This document shows, one piece after another, positions 1 to 11,587 of a stretch of DNA of 63,363 nt. This DNA is from Priapulus caudatus. Lineage: Eukaryota. The position numbers were made by a program, and so were the translations under genes. The stretch lies in assembly GCF_000485595.1 (NCBI RefSeq), contig NW_014577073.1, forward strand, positions 388,427-451,789. Direction: 5' to 3'. Within the stretch, counting starts at the first letter, position 1, and each line of letters starts with the position of its first letter. The notes beneath the pieces were generated by a model. That model was not told the DNA's origin and made no database searches. It saw only the letters and a program-made list of their open reading frames with translations.

Positions 1-132
1 ATTAATCGTTTGCAATTTCATATCTCTCTGTATATCGCTTTAAGTGTTCTCAGTAGAGCATTTTTTGCGGTACATGGGTGATGGTACGTATAGTGTAAAA
101 ATGTGGGGAAGGGAGCGAAAGTGGAGGCGAAG

Positions 133-177
133 CACTGATCTCTATAATATAATCAGATTATATTATAGAGATCAGTG
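133..177. mobile_element. 45-bp perfect palindromic insertion (micro-MITE or internally deleted transposon) with target-site duplication
   Basis: CACTGATCTCTATAATATAATC-A-GATTATATTATAGAGATCAGTG: 22-bp perfect arms, 1-nt loop; flanked by AGGCGAAG at 125-132 and 178-185. Confidence 0.7.
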
Positions 178-206
178 AGGCGAAGCCGAAGGGAAAGAAT
201 TTTGCA

Positions 207-410
207 CAGGGGAGAGATCACAGAAATAGTGATCCGCTAGAGGACGGCTCTGATTGGCTAATTTTGTCTCTTATTTATTTTATTTATTATTATATTTTGC
301 TAATTTTGTTTTATTTTAGAATTAGGGATATGGTTAGGGTTAGGATTAGGGTTAGGGTTAACTGATTTCTATATCCACAACTTATTTCTATATTCACTAT
401 CTCTCCCCTG
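207..410. mobile_element. Small MITE containing TTAGGG-like repeats
   Basis: Terminal inverted repeats CAGGGGAGAGAT / ATCTCTCCCCTG; internal GGTTAGGGTTAGGATTAGGGTTAGGG at ~331-360. Confidence 0.5.
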
Positions 411-1048
411 AAACCTACTAGGGAAAGAGGAGAGGCAATGGAGATATGGGTTGCAGGAAAGGAGAAAGGGGAAGGGAGGGAAGAAGGGAGGGAGGGAATG
501 ACAGACGCACACGTACGCTCAACCACACGAGCAATTACGCATGCACATACACAGACAAATTCAGCGATACACACAAGCACATAAGTCACAAGTGCCTATA
601 TGCACGCACGCACGCACGCACGAGTGTTAAAGACATTTAATATGTCTGTGTATGTGCCTACAAATACAATAAACGTACGTACGTGCGTGCCTGTGCATAT
701 GTGCATCCGTGCCTGTGTATGTGCGGCACATTGGTACGTGCGTTGGTATGCGCGTGTGACTGCGCGAACGTATGCGCATCTCCCGCTTCATTCCTCCTTC
801 CCTCCTTTCTCTCCTCTTTGCTTCCTCTTCTCCTCTCACTCATTTTCTCTCAGTTTTTGGCCCCCTCTCCCAAATGGTGTCGCCTACGACCTTCTAATTC
901 TTCGATCCATAAACAACAAGCAGGCGCGAATTCTGCGTATCACTTAGCACCGACTCACCCACCAGTATATATGGTCATACTATATTCATTAATTTTAATT
1001 ACATTACTGCGGTGCGATTTATTTGACCGCATTATCATTGTTTTACAG

Positions 1049-1665
1049 ACCCATGATGCACAGGGTGAGCTTCGTTACGTAGATATGACCAGGTATGACC
1101 AAAGTCTTTAAAACGTTGTCAGTGACATTTGGCGTTCTATGTAAGAAGACGAAGAAGGAGAGGAGGAGGAGGAGGAGGAAGAGGAAGGAGAAGAAGAGGA
1201 CTAAAACGAACAAGAAAATGGAGAAGAAGGATGTGAGAAGGCAGAGGAAAAGGAGAAAAGGAACAAGAAGAAGAAAAAAAAGAGAGGAAGAGGGGGAGGA
1301 GTAGCAAGATGATGAACAAAAGTTGTGCTTCAGACAATCACTGCGTCGCTGTCAGCAAGTGAGATCAACTCAATGAATCGGCGTAACAAACACTTAAGAA
1401 CGAAATAACAGCTCATCGGCTCTACAGATCAGCAGATCGGATGAAGGAGCTTGAAATGCTAGAGATATTACAACTGCAGCCTCACTATGTAAAAGATGGT
1501 GTCTCCAGAGAGGATTCCGACAGAGTGATACATTACATTATGTTATGTTCCGATACTTATGTCAAGTTGAGCTGCTCTACTTGGGATATAATGACAAGGT
1601 ATTGTGTAAACTCCTTTGTGTTTGTCATCGCAACAAATTCTCCCTACAGATCCCGGCACATGTAA
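1049..1665 (+). CDS. Possible terminal exons of an unidentified host gene (1049-1092, 1428-1598, 1650-1665)
   Basis: AG/GT boundaries join in phase to give THDAQGELRYVDMTR-SADRMKELEMLEILQLQPHYVKDG...WDIMTR-SRHM*; no recognisable homology; weak acceptor at 1427. Confidence 0.2.
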
Positions 1666-2601
1666 CATGATAACATGCGTGATAGCGTGCTCAAATTCTC
1701 CTCCCATTTGTTGTTCCGGTGAGGAGTAGTCTGTCTGCGGGTGAACAACTAAACGTTGACTCACTCAAGCCACGGCCCACTCCTACATGCTAGCAGTTCT
1801 GAGTCAGAGTAACGTAGTGCGGTATCACGCAGTTTATCACAACATAAGTAATTCGGATGTGCAATTATTGTTGTTGTATTTGTTTACTATAAATTATGCA
1901 CCTGTTCTTTGAAGATAGAGAATATTTCCTAATGGGTTTCCGTCCCTGACAAGTATTGGAACATAACGTAACGTAGCGCAGCGTAATGTAGCATGAAAAA
2001 GGTTTCATGGTGAACTGATACCTGAAATAATATATAACGCCATGTTTATAGTAGTCAAACATTATTATTATCATTGTAAGGGCCAAATTTCAGGTAAAGC
2101 TAAGTATACGACTATAGAGGGCGACTCACGCTTATTGTGGTAGTCACGCATGTAATCACATGACTGGTAGTGCTTCGTAACAGATATGACAAATGGCCTT
2201 GCATACGTGTCAGTCAGGTGGAGAATGCAGGCAGTACGCCACAGTTGCGAATATGTTTTAGTTAGTGTACTCTGCCGCCATGTAATGTTACCGTAGCCAT
2301 AAAACATGGTAAGTCATAGTTTACATACTCATATTGCGATACTTAAAGTCTTCATTTATGTTAAAGAAATGTTATACGAATTTGTTACTTATCTTTATAT
2401 TATGTTGTGTTAGCTGAGTTTGAATTATGTTAGGTAATATGCATACTGTATAAGAGTATATTCATGTTTATGCTATTGTACTGAATATGGAATCGTTTGT
2501 AAATTACAGTAATCTATGGAACGAAGTAATAAATGATTAAAGAATAAAAACGACTTTGAGGAATTACTGAGCCACGGCGGTAACGAGAGCATAAGCGCTA
2601 C

Positions 2602-2612
2602 AATCATTATTA

Positions 2613-2670
<58 letters not shown>

Positions 2671-2752
2671 TAAGAGAGAGAGAGAGAGAGAGAAAGAGAG
2701 TAAGAGAAAAANNNNNNNNNNNNNNNNNNNNNNNNNNNNNNNNNNNNNNNNN

Positions 2753-2818
<66 letters not shown>

Positions 2819-3110
2819 AAGAGAGGAAGTTGGGAGCGACAGAAAGATACAGAGAGAGAACGCGCGCGAAAGAGAGGACGAGAGCGAAAGAAGGAGAGAG
2901 AGAGGGATATGTGAAACGAAAGAGGCAGAGGCACAGGGCGCGGGCGAGTGTGAGAGCGTGCGGGAGATACACACACAGAGAGAGATGATCTGAGAGAGGT
3001 GACGAGAGAGAGAGAGAGCGGGTGTGAGTGAGAGGAAGGCGAGAGCGAGCCAAAGATAGATGAAAGTGAGTCAGCGAGAGAGAGAGAGAGAGAGGGGGGC
3101 GAGAGCGAGA
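2602..3110. repeat. (ATT)n and (AG)n microsatellite tract with N gap
   Basis: ATT repeats 2602-2670, AG repeats 2673-2815 and degenerate beyond; N gap 2711-2752. Confidence 0.95.
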
Positions 3111-3585
3111 GAGAAGAGAAGAGAGAACGCGCGCGAAAGTGGGCGAGAGTGAGAGATGCAGCGACACAGAGAGCGCAGGCGAGAGTGAGTGTAAAAATCG
3201 GAAAGAAACTGGTAAATTAATTGTTGATGCAGTTTATGTGTGAATTAACCGCACACACCCACGCGCGCATACACGTGTGCGCGCAGCGCGTTGGCTTGTA
3301 ACGCATGCGTGCACGCGTGTAACGCGTTGCGTGTAAAGCATGCGCGTGTGCGTGTAACGGGTGCTCGTGGGCGCGTCATTAGCTACCCCGGATAATATAC
3401 TATAGTAACAATATTAAAATAATAAAGAATAGATACTATGTAGTCCATTTTTTATATTAAGAATCTGGACTTATAGAGGTCGGCGGTCGCCAGTAGCTAG
3501 CGTGACGTGAAGCTATTTTGGTATTTCCCCACCAACTGGCCGTACGAGCAGTCGTGCTATGTGTTTGATTGTGAGTAAGGCTCAA

Positions 3586-3828
3586 GGGGTCGTTGTCGTA
3601 TCAGGTACTACAGATATGTACCCGAGGTACATATATGTATACACAAAGTGTACCAGACTTGTACTACAGAAGTGTACCCTAGCCCTAACACTAACCCTAA
3701 CCTTAACCCGAACCCTAACCCTAACTCTAATTTAAACATACCTCATATAAAAATATAAACATAATACTAAACAATCTAAAACTACCTCGGGTACATATCT
3801 GTAGTATACCTGATACGACAATGACCCC
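3586..3828. mobile_element. MITE with ~45-bp TIRs and CCCTAA-like core
   Basis: GGGGTCGTTGTCGTATCAGGTACTACAGATATGTACCCGAGGTA ... TACCTCGGGTACATATCTGTAGTATACCTGATACGACAATGACCCC; another copy starts at 63329. Confidence 0.8.
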
Positions 3829-3839
3829 ATCTGCGTGAG

Positions 3840-4380
3840 TAAGACATAAGCCTTAAAACTTAATAGCGTAACACCGTATTAATTAAGATTTCACGATTAA
3901 ATACATATTCTCAACTATGTAAGAAACTTAGTTTTGAATTTTAGTTAATCTATGTTTGATTCAACTCGCAAATATTGTACATTCTTCGTATTTGTCCTAT
4001 TTTTACAGGGTGGATTTATCGACGTGGTAGTTGGTGCACGCTGGATTTTCACATGAAACTGATGATGAAAGTAAGTATATTACGCAGATTTACGAGTAAT
4101 GGCTATAACATATTAGAGGAGTGGGTAAAAGGAAAACGCCCCATTTTTCTTTGTATCGTCTAAGCACTTGTCTTGTACTCTATGCAAACTATGAACTAAA
4201 TTGTAAAGTAAAGATGAAACCGTTATTAATACATTTCTGGTTTGACAATGGCTGGTTTGACTATAAACTTCTACAAAAATGGGTTGCTGCGAGAAAATCC
4301 CGCGATCAAAACGAGTTCGTCCTCTACAGTACACTGTAGCTCGCTAGATACACACATACACACGCACATACACGCACGCA

Positions 4381-4449
<69 letters not shown>

Positions 4450-4930
4450 CCGTATCACGCCAGTTCTGGTCGTTTGAGATTTTACTAAGAGAAAATATGA
4501 GAGTAAATATATTACATAAATATTTGAGTTTTATTTTTGCTTAATCTACTATAGATTCTTTGCGACAAAATACATAAGTAAGTAAAACATAAACGTAATA
4601 ACATCACACCGCACCATGTCAATATTGTTCGATTATGATTTTACTATTGAATATAGAGAGTTCACTACATAAATATTTGAGAACGTTGCCGTTTGATTTT
4701 TGGTTAATCTATAGATTGTATCTATAGATAAAGTACTACGTAAGGTACAATATAAATGGGTCATGCGAGAAAATTACGTGATCAAAATGGCTTCGTCCCC
4801 TACAGTACACTCTGGTTATTTACCGGACGTACCGCGCACACACACACTCACACACGCACACACGCACACGCGCACACGCACACGCACACGCACACGCACA
4901 CGCACACGCACACGCACACGCACACGCACA
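3840..4930. repeat. Interspersed repeat family with (CA)n/(CACG)n cores; paralogous to 8820-9948 plus 20314-20410
   Basis: Blocks such as CCGTACCATGTCAATATTGTTCGATT, TTTTTACAGGGTGGATT.ATCGACGTGGTAGTT and CCTCTACAGTACACTGTAGCTCGC recur at 3860-4830 and 8840-9940. Confidence 0.75.
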
Positions 4931-4934
4931 AGTT

Positions 4935-5997
4935 TCATATAATATTTTTCACAGGTGTTCTACCGGCGTTCTTTGACCCTAAAAACAATTTTATTATTGT
5001 ATTGTTAATTGAAGATGTATGTTAGATAATTTTGTTTCCCATCGGGTTCCTGACATACCAAAAATTTCAAAACAGGTATAGAATAACCTAGATCCTGGTA
5101 CACGGGCACTATAGCCATTTTATGGCAAAGAAATGCGTTGTGGCAGGCCATTTTTGGAATTTTAAATTTTTTTGGCGGGAAGATGTTATGATAGACACAT
5201 TGTGTGCATATACCGTTCTATATGGGGTGGCATTGACCTCTAAAAAACAACATGTATAGAGACCAAGTCATGGTACTTGGGGGCACTTACAGCTGATTTA
5301 ATCGGCAAACTGGTTTGTGAGCGGCGATTTTGAATTTGTCATAACTTTTGGCGCGAAGATATATCTTATGATTTTTGACATGGTTGATTGCTTCTTTGAC
5401 TTCAAAAAACATAGTATAGGCCACGCAGATCATTGTAATCGAGCACTTACAGCTGATTTATGGGCAAAAACATGTTTTCTGCGTGGCCATTTTTTATTTT
5501 TGGATTTTTTGCGGAACGTTGAGTGGACATCCGGGTTTCCGCGCAAATTTTTGAAATCGGCATACTCAAAAACCCCCTTAGGGCAAACATTTTCATGCTT
5601 CTTTCCAGAAGTGCACACCTCAGACACATATCCGCCTCAGCTGATGTATTATGTTGCATTCCCCACAGGTATCCCAGCGAATTCGTAAAACTGTAAAGAA
5701 AGGTCACGTGATCATATCTTCAAACATTTTCTAGACAGAATACAAATATCATATATATCAGTTCCAAGTTTATTTTGTACTCTAAGCCTGTTTTTAGGCA
5801 ATTAAATTTTCAGCTCGTCCTGTCCATGTCCGCGATTTTAGGACATGCGCAGATCTCGAGTCCAGAGCTTAACCTAGCTTGGATCCATATCACAATTGTT
5901 TGTTACATGGTTAGAGTAATTGTGCAAAGTTTCATGCTTTTTATCACAAAAGTGAACAATCAGCTAGTTTTTTGCGACGATAGCAAGCCTGTAACTA
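4935..5997 (+). mobile_element. Non-coding end of an Academ-like DNA transposon
   Basis: Subterminal GGCCATTTT/GGCACTTACAGCTGATTTA repeats; terminus ...GCCTGTAACTA (TAG..CTA termini typical of Academ); reverse complement of 5660-5997 recurs at 7019-7400 next to AcademX coding remnants. Confidence 0.5.
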
Positions 5998-6174
5998 TAT
6001 GAGGCATCGTGGTCGTCTTGTTGATTGTGAGTAGACACCAGGGCTGATGCAGGGGGGGGGTCCAGGGGTCCGGACCCCCCCCCCGCTCGGCAGANNNNNN
6101 NNNNNNNNNNNNNNNNNNNGCACACACAGACACACACACGCCCTATCAACACAAGACACACACCACGGCCCTAT

Positions 6175-6205
<31 letters not shown>

Positions 6206-7018
6206 CACACACAGCCACACACACACACACAACACACGCACATTCTGCGCGCGTGCAGACACAGACACTCACCACATCAAACACACACACAGGTTTGCGC
6301 GCGTCAGACACAGACACACATACACAACCACACCACCATCAACACACACACACGCCCTATCACACACACACCACACACACTACAGCACACACACACACCA
6401 CACACACACCACACACACAACACACACACACCACACACACACACACACGCATACACACACACACACACAACACCGCCTCGGCGCAGCGCACACATCACAC
6501 ACAACAAAATGTTCATGGTCACTCGGTAGGACCTGCCTATGAAAACAGCTTTAGTAAGGGTCGCTTTGCTGTGATTTGAATGGTCAGAATTCACGGAAGA
6601 AACGGCCATATGCAGTATCATCTCTGGGCTAAATGAATTTTTCTCTTGACAAAAAATGTGTTAGAAAAAAAATATATAATTCCATCTTCTCCCTGCTATA
6701 CTTATTAGGCCCCACCTCTACGCCTTAGTGCATTTAACTGTCTGCGCTCCCTCCCCCGTCTCTTACTCCCAACCGACGCTTCATTATTTAAAAGCCTTCC
6801 ATTACATGTCAAAGATCATTCGGTAATAATTGTAATGACTATGTGCTTTTTTGAGATGAGATTCATTGCCCGATATCCTTACATGTGTATACCCATCAAG
6901 TTGATTTGTTACATTTGAGTTTATTTGTATTGTTGTATTGTTCGGCGCAGTACAGTGCGAATATGTTGAGTTTGTTTCTAGCTTCAGTGGTATTGTTTCC
7001 CGCCAACTGGGCCGTATT

Positions 7019-8680
7019 TAGTACAAGCTGGTTCTCTAAGTTCGTCCAAAAATTGCTTCACTTTTGTGATAAAAGATGAAAACTTTTGCACTAATTTATA
7101 TTTTCTAAACATTCGTAACACAACAATTTGTGATGATGGATCCAAAGCCTAGAGTTAAGCTCATGTGACTCGAGATCTGTCGCGCATGTCCTAAAATCGC
7201 GGAACATGGAAACGGAGGGCTAGAAAATTTAGATGCCATAAAACTAGGCCTTGAGATGGTAGCAAAAAGTAACTTCTGGGAACTTGATATACTTAGCTTG
7301 ATATTTGGTATTCGGTGCTAGAAATATGTTGAAGACTATGATCACAGTGACCTTTCTTTACAGTTTTTACGAATTCGCTGGTCGGCGGGTACCTGTGGGT
7401 GTGCAATTGTCCAAGACATGAGATATCACTGGCACTTAAAATTAGCACTAGTCTGAAACGCACTCAATTCTATTTTTATCATTTTAGATGATAGAAAAAA
7501 GCTTCCATGGGTTCCAAGACATCCTGAATAATTCCATCAATCCTCCAATTGGCCTTAAAGCGCTCTATACATGCTTCATCCCTCACATATGCCATTTTAG
7601 GCTTTTAGGCTAGATAGCCAAAGTTGCTTGTTGAACTCACAAAATTTACTATTTGCTTCCTGATTAATTCTTTCTTTCGCCTTCTTGAGTGGTTTATCGG
7701 GATTCTGCTACCGTGATCGTGTCAATAGTACCATATAGAGTCTAGTATAACTTGGCTGTCGAGATAGCTGGTGCAAAACTGTTTTTAACATTAACGATGC
7801 TCTTGGCAAGTTGCAACACCAGTCAATTAACCTTTATACTTGGCTACTCTAGGCATACCCATAGCTAGTTGCCGAGTTGCCTCTACAGTTCACAACCAGT
7901 GCAGGTAAATTAGTCTTTCTGGCGATTTGCCAGCGTTCTGCAACACAGCTCTCTGCATCACATCGATATGAGTACATAGCAGGGCAGTCCTTGGGCTTGC
8001 TGATGAGTGTACGTCCAAGTAAGGCCACTCCCAGCGATCCATCCCTTTCTCAGCTTGCCGAGTCTCTCAAATCTTCAGGCCACTCTGGGTTAACGTGGCT
8101 TCGTTTTTATTTTAACAGGGTTTCTGGCCCCATACATGAACATCTTTGGAATGGAAGAACATAGCTCTGCGTTTGACATGTTCTCTGGTGTACTACAGAA
8201 TGCCGTTTGAAGCTTGGAAGGATGTTTCGTCGAGCGTGATTCACACACTTTTCTTTGAGAACAAGAATCATTGCCTGACTTCGGGGTTACTCTTCACTTG
8301 ATGGGCAGCTCGTTTTCCCGCGTGTCATTAGTAAATGAGTACCATAATCGCCTCAGAATGACATCGCATGCTTTCGGTATCAGTCCAACAGTCCTCTGGC
8401 GGGGGCAGTCATCACAAGCTGCCTTTCAAGGTATACAGGTGGTGAGTGCTTTGGGAACACATTTCCATATGTCTCGTAATGCGTCGTCTTTCCTCTTCCA
8501 CGAAAAATATTGAAAACCGTTATCACACCATGATTAGATGCATGAAGACATCGGGGGTAACACACGCCCTTTCTCTCGACCCAGGGATGTAGCTATGGTA
8601 TGCGCTGGAAGTTTACGGACATTGCTTGGATAAGAACATATGAAGATCCAAGCCTCACTCTGAACGGAGAACTGGAGATC
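7019..8680 (-). mobile_element. Degraded AcademX DNA transposon 3' fragment (XPG-like nuclease region + Cys8 finger + terminal repeat)
   Basis: Broken minus-strand reading gives (G)CDTV-FRGRGKTT-YETW-FP, then LFSKK-L-NI-P..HVKRA..HVWGQ, then a C-terminal Cys cluster near 7870-7960; terminus TAG at 7019; many indels. Confidence 0.55.
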
Positions 8681-8682
8681 CC

Positions 8683-8813
8683 AAACGCATCTAAGGGGGT
8701 CTAATATCAAAAATTTTCAGGGGGAGAGCTACCCAGACCCCCCCTTCGCGTGCTCGCAACTTTGGGTTATGGTTAGACCCCCCCCCCCTGGTACAAATTC
8801 TGTACATGCCCCT
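8683..8813. mobile_element. hAT-like MITE (CAGGG..CCCTG), right half; left half at 6039-6094
   Basis: The two halves are contiguous in the duplicate copy at ~26546-26742. Confidence 0.6.
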
Positions 8814-9948
8814 GAGACATAGGCCTAAACTTAATAGAGTAACACCGTACCATGTAAATACTGGTTAATTAAGAGCTTACAATTAAATACATAGTATTAA
8901 ATTTTCAACTATGTCAGAAATTTAGTTTTCAATTTTAGTTAATCAATTCAACTCAACAAATATTGTACATTCTTCGTTTTGTCTTATTTTTACAGGGTGG
9001 ATTCATCGACGTGGTAGTTTGTTGTAAAGTAAAGATGAAATAGTAACTATTGTTAATACATTTCTAGTTTGACAATGGCTTCTCGAGAAATACTAAACTT
9101 CAACAAAAATGGGTATGCAAGAAAATGTCGCGATCAAAACTGTTTCGTCCTCTACAGTACACTGTAGCTCGCCAGAGACACACATACACACGCACGCACA
9201 TGCACGCACGCACGCACGCATATATACTATACACACGCACACACACATACACACGCGCACACATACACACACACGCACGAACGCACTCACGCACGCACGC
9301 ACGCACGCACTCACGCACGCACGCACGCACGCGCACACACACACACACCGTACAACGTCAGTTCTGTTCGATTGAGATTTTACTATTAAATATCGAAAGT
9401 TATGTAATAAATATACCACATAAATATTTGAGAAAGTTTTATTTACTTTTTGGTTAATCTAATAGGCCCTAGATTGTTTGTTACAGATCAAATAGGTTAA
9501 AATAAACGTAATAACACAACACCGTACCATGTCAATATTGTTCGATTAGGATTTTAGTATTAAATATAGAGAGTTCACTACATACTTATTTGAGAAAGTT
9601 GGAGTTTGATTTTTGGCTAATCTGTAGGTTGTTGGCTTCAAATCAAAATTGCCGTTCATTGTTCGTTTTTGTCTTATTTTTACAGGTTGAACTCATCGAC
9701 GTGGTAGTTGGCACACGCTGGATTATCGCTTAAAAGTAAGAATATTAAGAAATTTATTAGTAATAACTGTAATGCAGAAATTCAAAGAAATGTAAAGGAG
9801 AAATTCTCTATGCCTTATTTGTAAATGTCCGGGCACGTGTTGTGTACTCCACGTAAACTACTAGTAAATAGCAACTAGACTGTAATGTGAATATAAAACA
9901 ATTTTCTAAACATTTCTATGATAAAATTACGTGATAAAATCGGCTTCG

Positions 9949-10515
9949 TGTAATAAGGAATAATCATAATAAGAAGTTAGAAGAATTACTCGGAAAATAG
10001 TCAGTAACATAAAATAGAGACAAAGGGCTTTGTCTCCTGCGGGAGGCAGGGCGTAGGGCGTGTCGACCTGCCGCTAGGGAACGAAGAACAAAGGAAGGGT
10101 TTAGTCACGTGCTCGACCAGTGGTCACGCGGGCGGCAGTGACCACTGGGAGAGATGGACTTAGGACAAAGAACGAGCGGGAGTATAAAAACAGTGAGAGC
10201 CGGGAAACACCCCGACTAGTTTGATCTCGAGTTACGACACGTCACGCTACCTGTACCGTTGCTACAATCTAGACTACCTATCAATATGTAAGTTTTCTGT
10301 TTCTATGTCGCGTACCTATCTGTATTCGTCGGCTCATTCCGTGGGCACATATTATATGTAGAGTCAGGCTGGAATAGTAAAGATGTTGTTGTCTGAAATA
10401 TAGTATCTAGCGTTATGTGCTTTATATGAAGTTGTGCACGACGGTACTCCTAATACACTACGCATTACTACTAGACGATCACGGATAACGAGAGAGTAAG
10501 AGAATCGTTATTACA
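9949..10515 (+). repeat. 5' LTR of element A (567 bp)
   Basis: TG..CA with 8-bp inverted termini; 10214-10515 matches 20012-20313 with about 5 substitutions. Confidence 0.92.
10184..10222 (+). promoter_or_regulatory. LTR core promoter: TATA box and initiator-like site
   Basis: TATAAAA at 10184-10190; CTAGTT initiator-like motif ~30 nt downstream; CACGTG E-box at ~10107. Confidence 0.55.
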
Positions 10516-10517
10516 AT

Positions 10518-10533
10518 TGGTGCCGAGTGACCA
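10518..10533 (+). promoter_or_regulatory. Primer binding site (tRNA-His or tRNA-Phe-like)
   Basis: TGGTGCCGAGTGACCA begins 2 nt after the 5' LTR. Confidence 0.75.
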
Positions 10534-10861
10534 ATGCGTATGGAGATATCGTTGTAGCACAGTATGTTCTATGTGTGTTTCGTGTATATTAACATGTGTG
10601 TTCTTTCTGAGATATTGTAAGTCGCCGAGGCTGCATTGACGTCGACCTACGACTCGACTGCACTCATTCCGATATCATCGTCTGCGTCTACGACCTACCG
10701 TCATCGCCGTAATATGTAAGTGCATCAAATTTGTTTATAATCTATGGAGCTCGCCTTATAGTTGTGATATATTGTGCGGAATATTATTAGCTGTTGTTTG
10801 AAGTACGTTGGGGGATACGGACGCTTGTTTGACGGACGATTACGTTTTAAATACGTTCAAA

Positions 10862-11587
10862 ATGGCGACCAAGCGGCCGACGCTTGATCCTTTGTTGGCA
10901 AATTTATCTGATTTCAACATAGATAAACCGATCTTGACAACGGACGGACATTTAGACGATACGCGGTCGCCTGACGATTTGGAAGTCAGTTTTCCTGATT
11001 CGAGTTTCAAAATATTGCTCAAGGAGATTCAATCTTTAGTGTTATTAGGACGGTATTTACCGTTCGACGGCACAGATAATTCTCCGATATTTTTCGGCGA
11101 TTGGCTGGTCCATTTGGAACAGTTGTTTTTGATTTTAAACGAGCATGATGATGTTCGTAGAGTACGCCTCGCTCTAAGGCTTCTCCAGGGCGAACAAGCG
11201 CAATATCTTGCCGAAGTATTGAGCGTACACCCAGCAATCAGCTGGATTCATGTTTCACAAATATTTCGGCAAAGATACGCGGACGCGGCAGCTGCCGTAA
11301 TTGCGAAACAAAAATTTAAACGAGCGACACAAAAACACGGTGAATCTATTCAAGCCTTTGCAAAGCGCTTAGAGGCGAGTTCACGCATAGCGTTTGGGGT
11401 TCAGCTTGAGACGGATGTGATGCATAATGGACGTATGACGGATCAGTTTGTGGACGGACTTCTCAGTGATGCTCTACGGGGAAAATTAATTAAGAATAAA
11501 CCTCCGACGGAATTGAACCTGACCGGACCGGACCGGTCCTGCTCCTGCTCCTGCTCCTCTGCCTCCTGTCCCTCTGGTTCCGGTTGA
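10862..11587 (+). pseudogene. gag: Gag (capsid) truncated at ~11520 by the inversion junction
   Basis: ATG 10862; PFDG..W..LE, L.GE..W..F..RY, QKHGESIQAFAKRL (MHR-like), QFVDGL; ends in junction-derived residues. Confidence 0.85.

Noticed and set aside
331..360. TTAGGG repeats as a telomere (also 3682-3728 and 61235)
   Set aside because: Short, degenerate and internal to MITEs
311..1337. Several 60-140-aa ORFs (RK-rich, CV/HT-rich)
   Set aside because: Translations of purine tracts and CA/CG microsatellites; no domain signal
5995..6621. His/Thr- and Cys/Val-rich ORFs
   Set aside because: Degenerate (CA)n next to a gap
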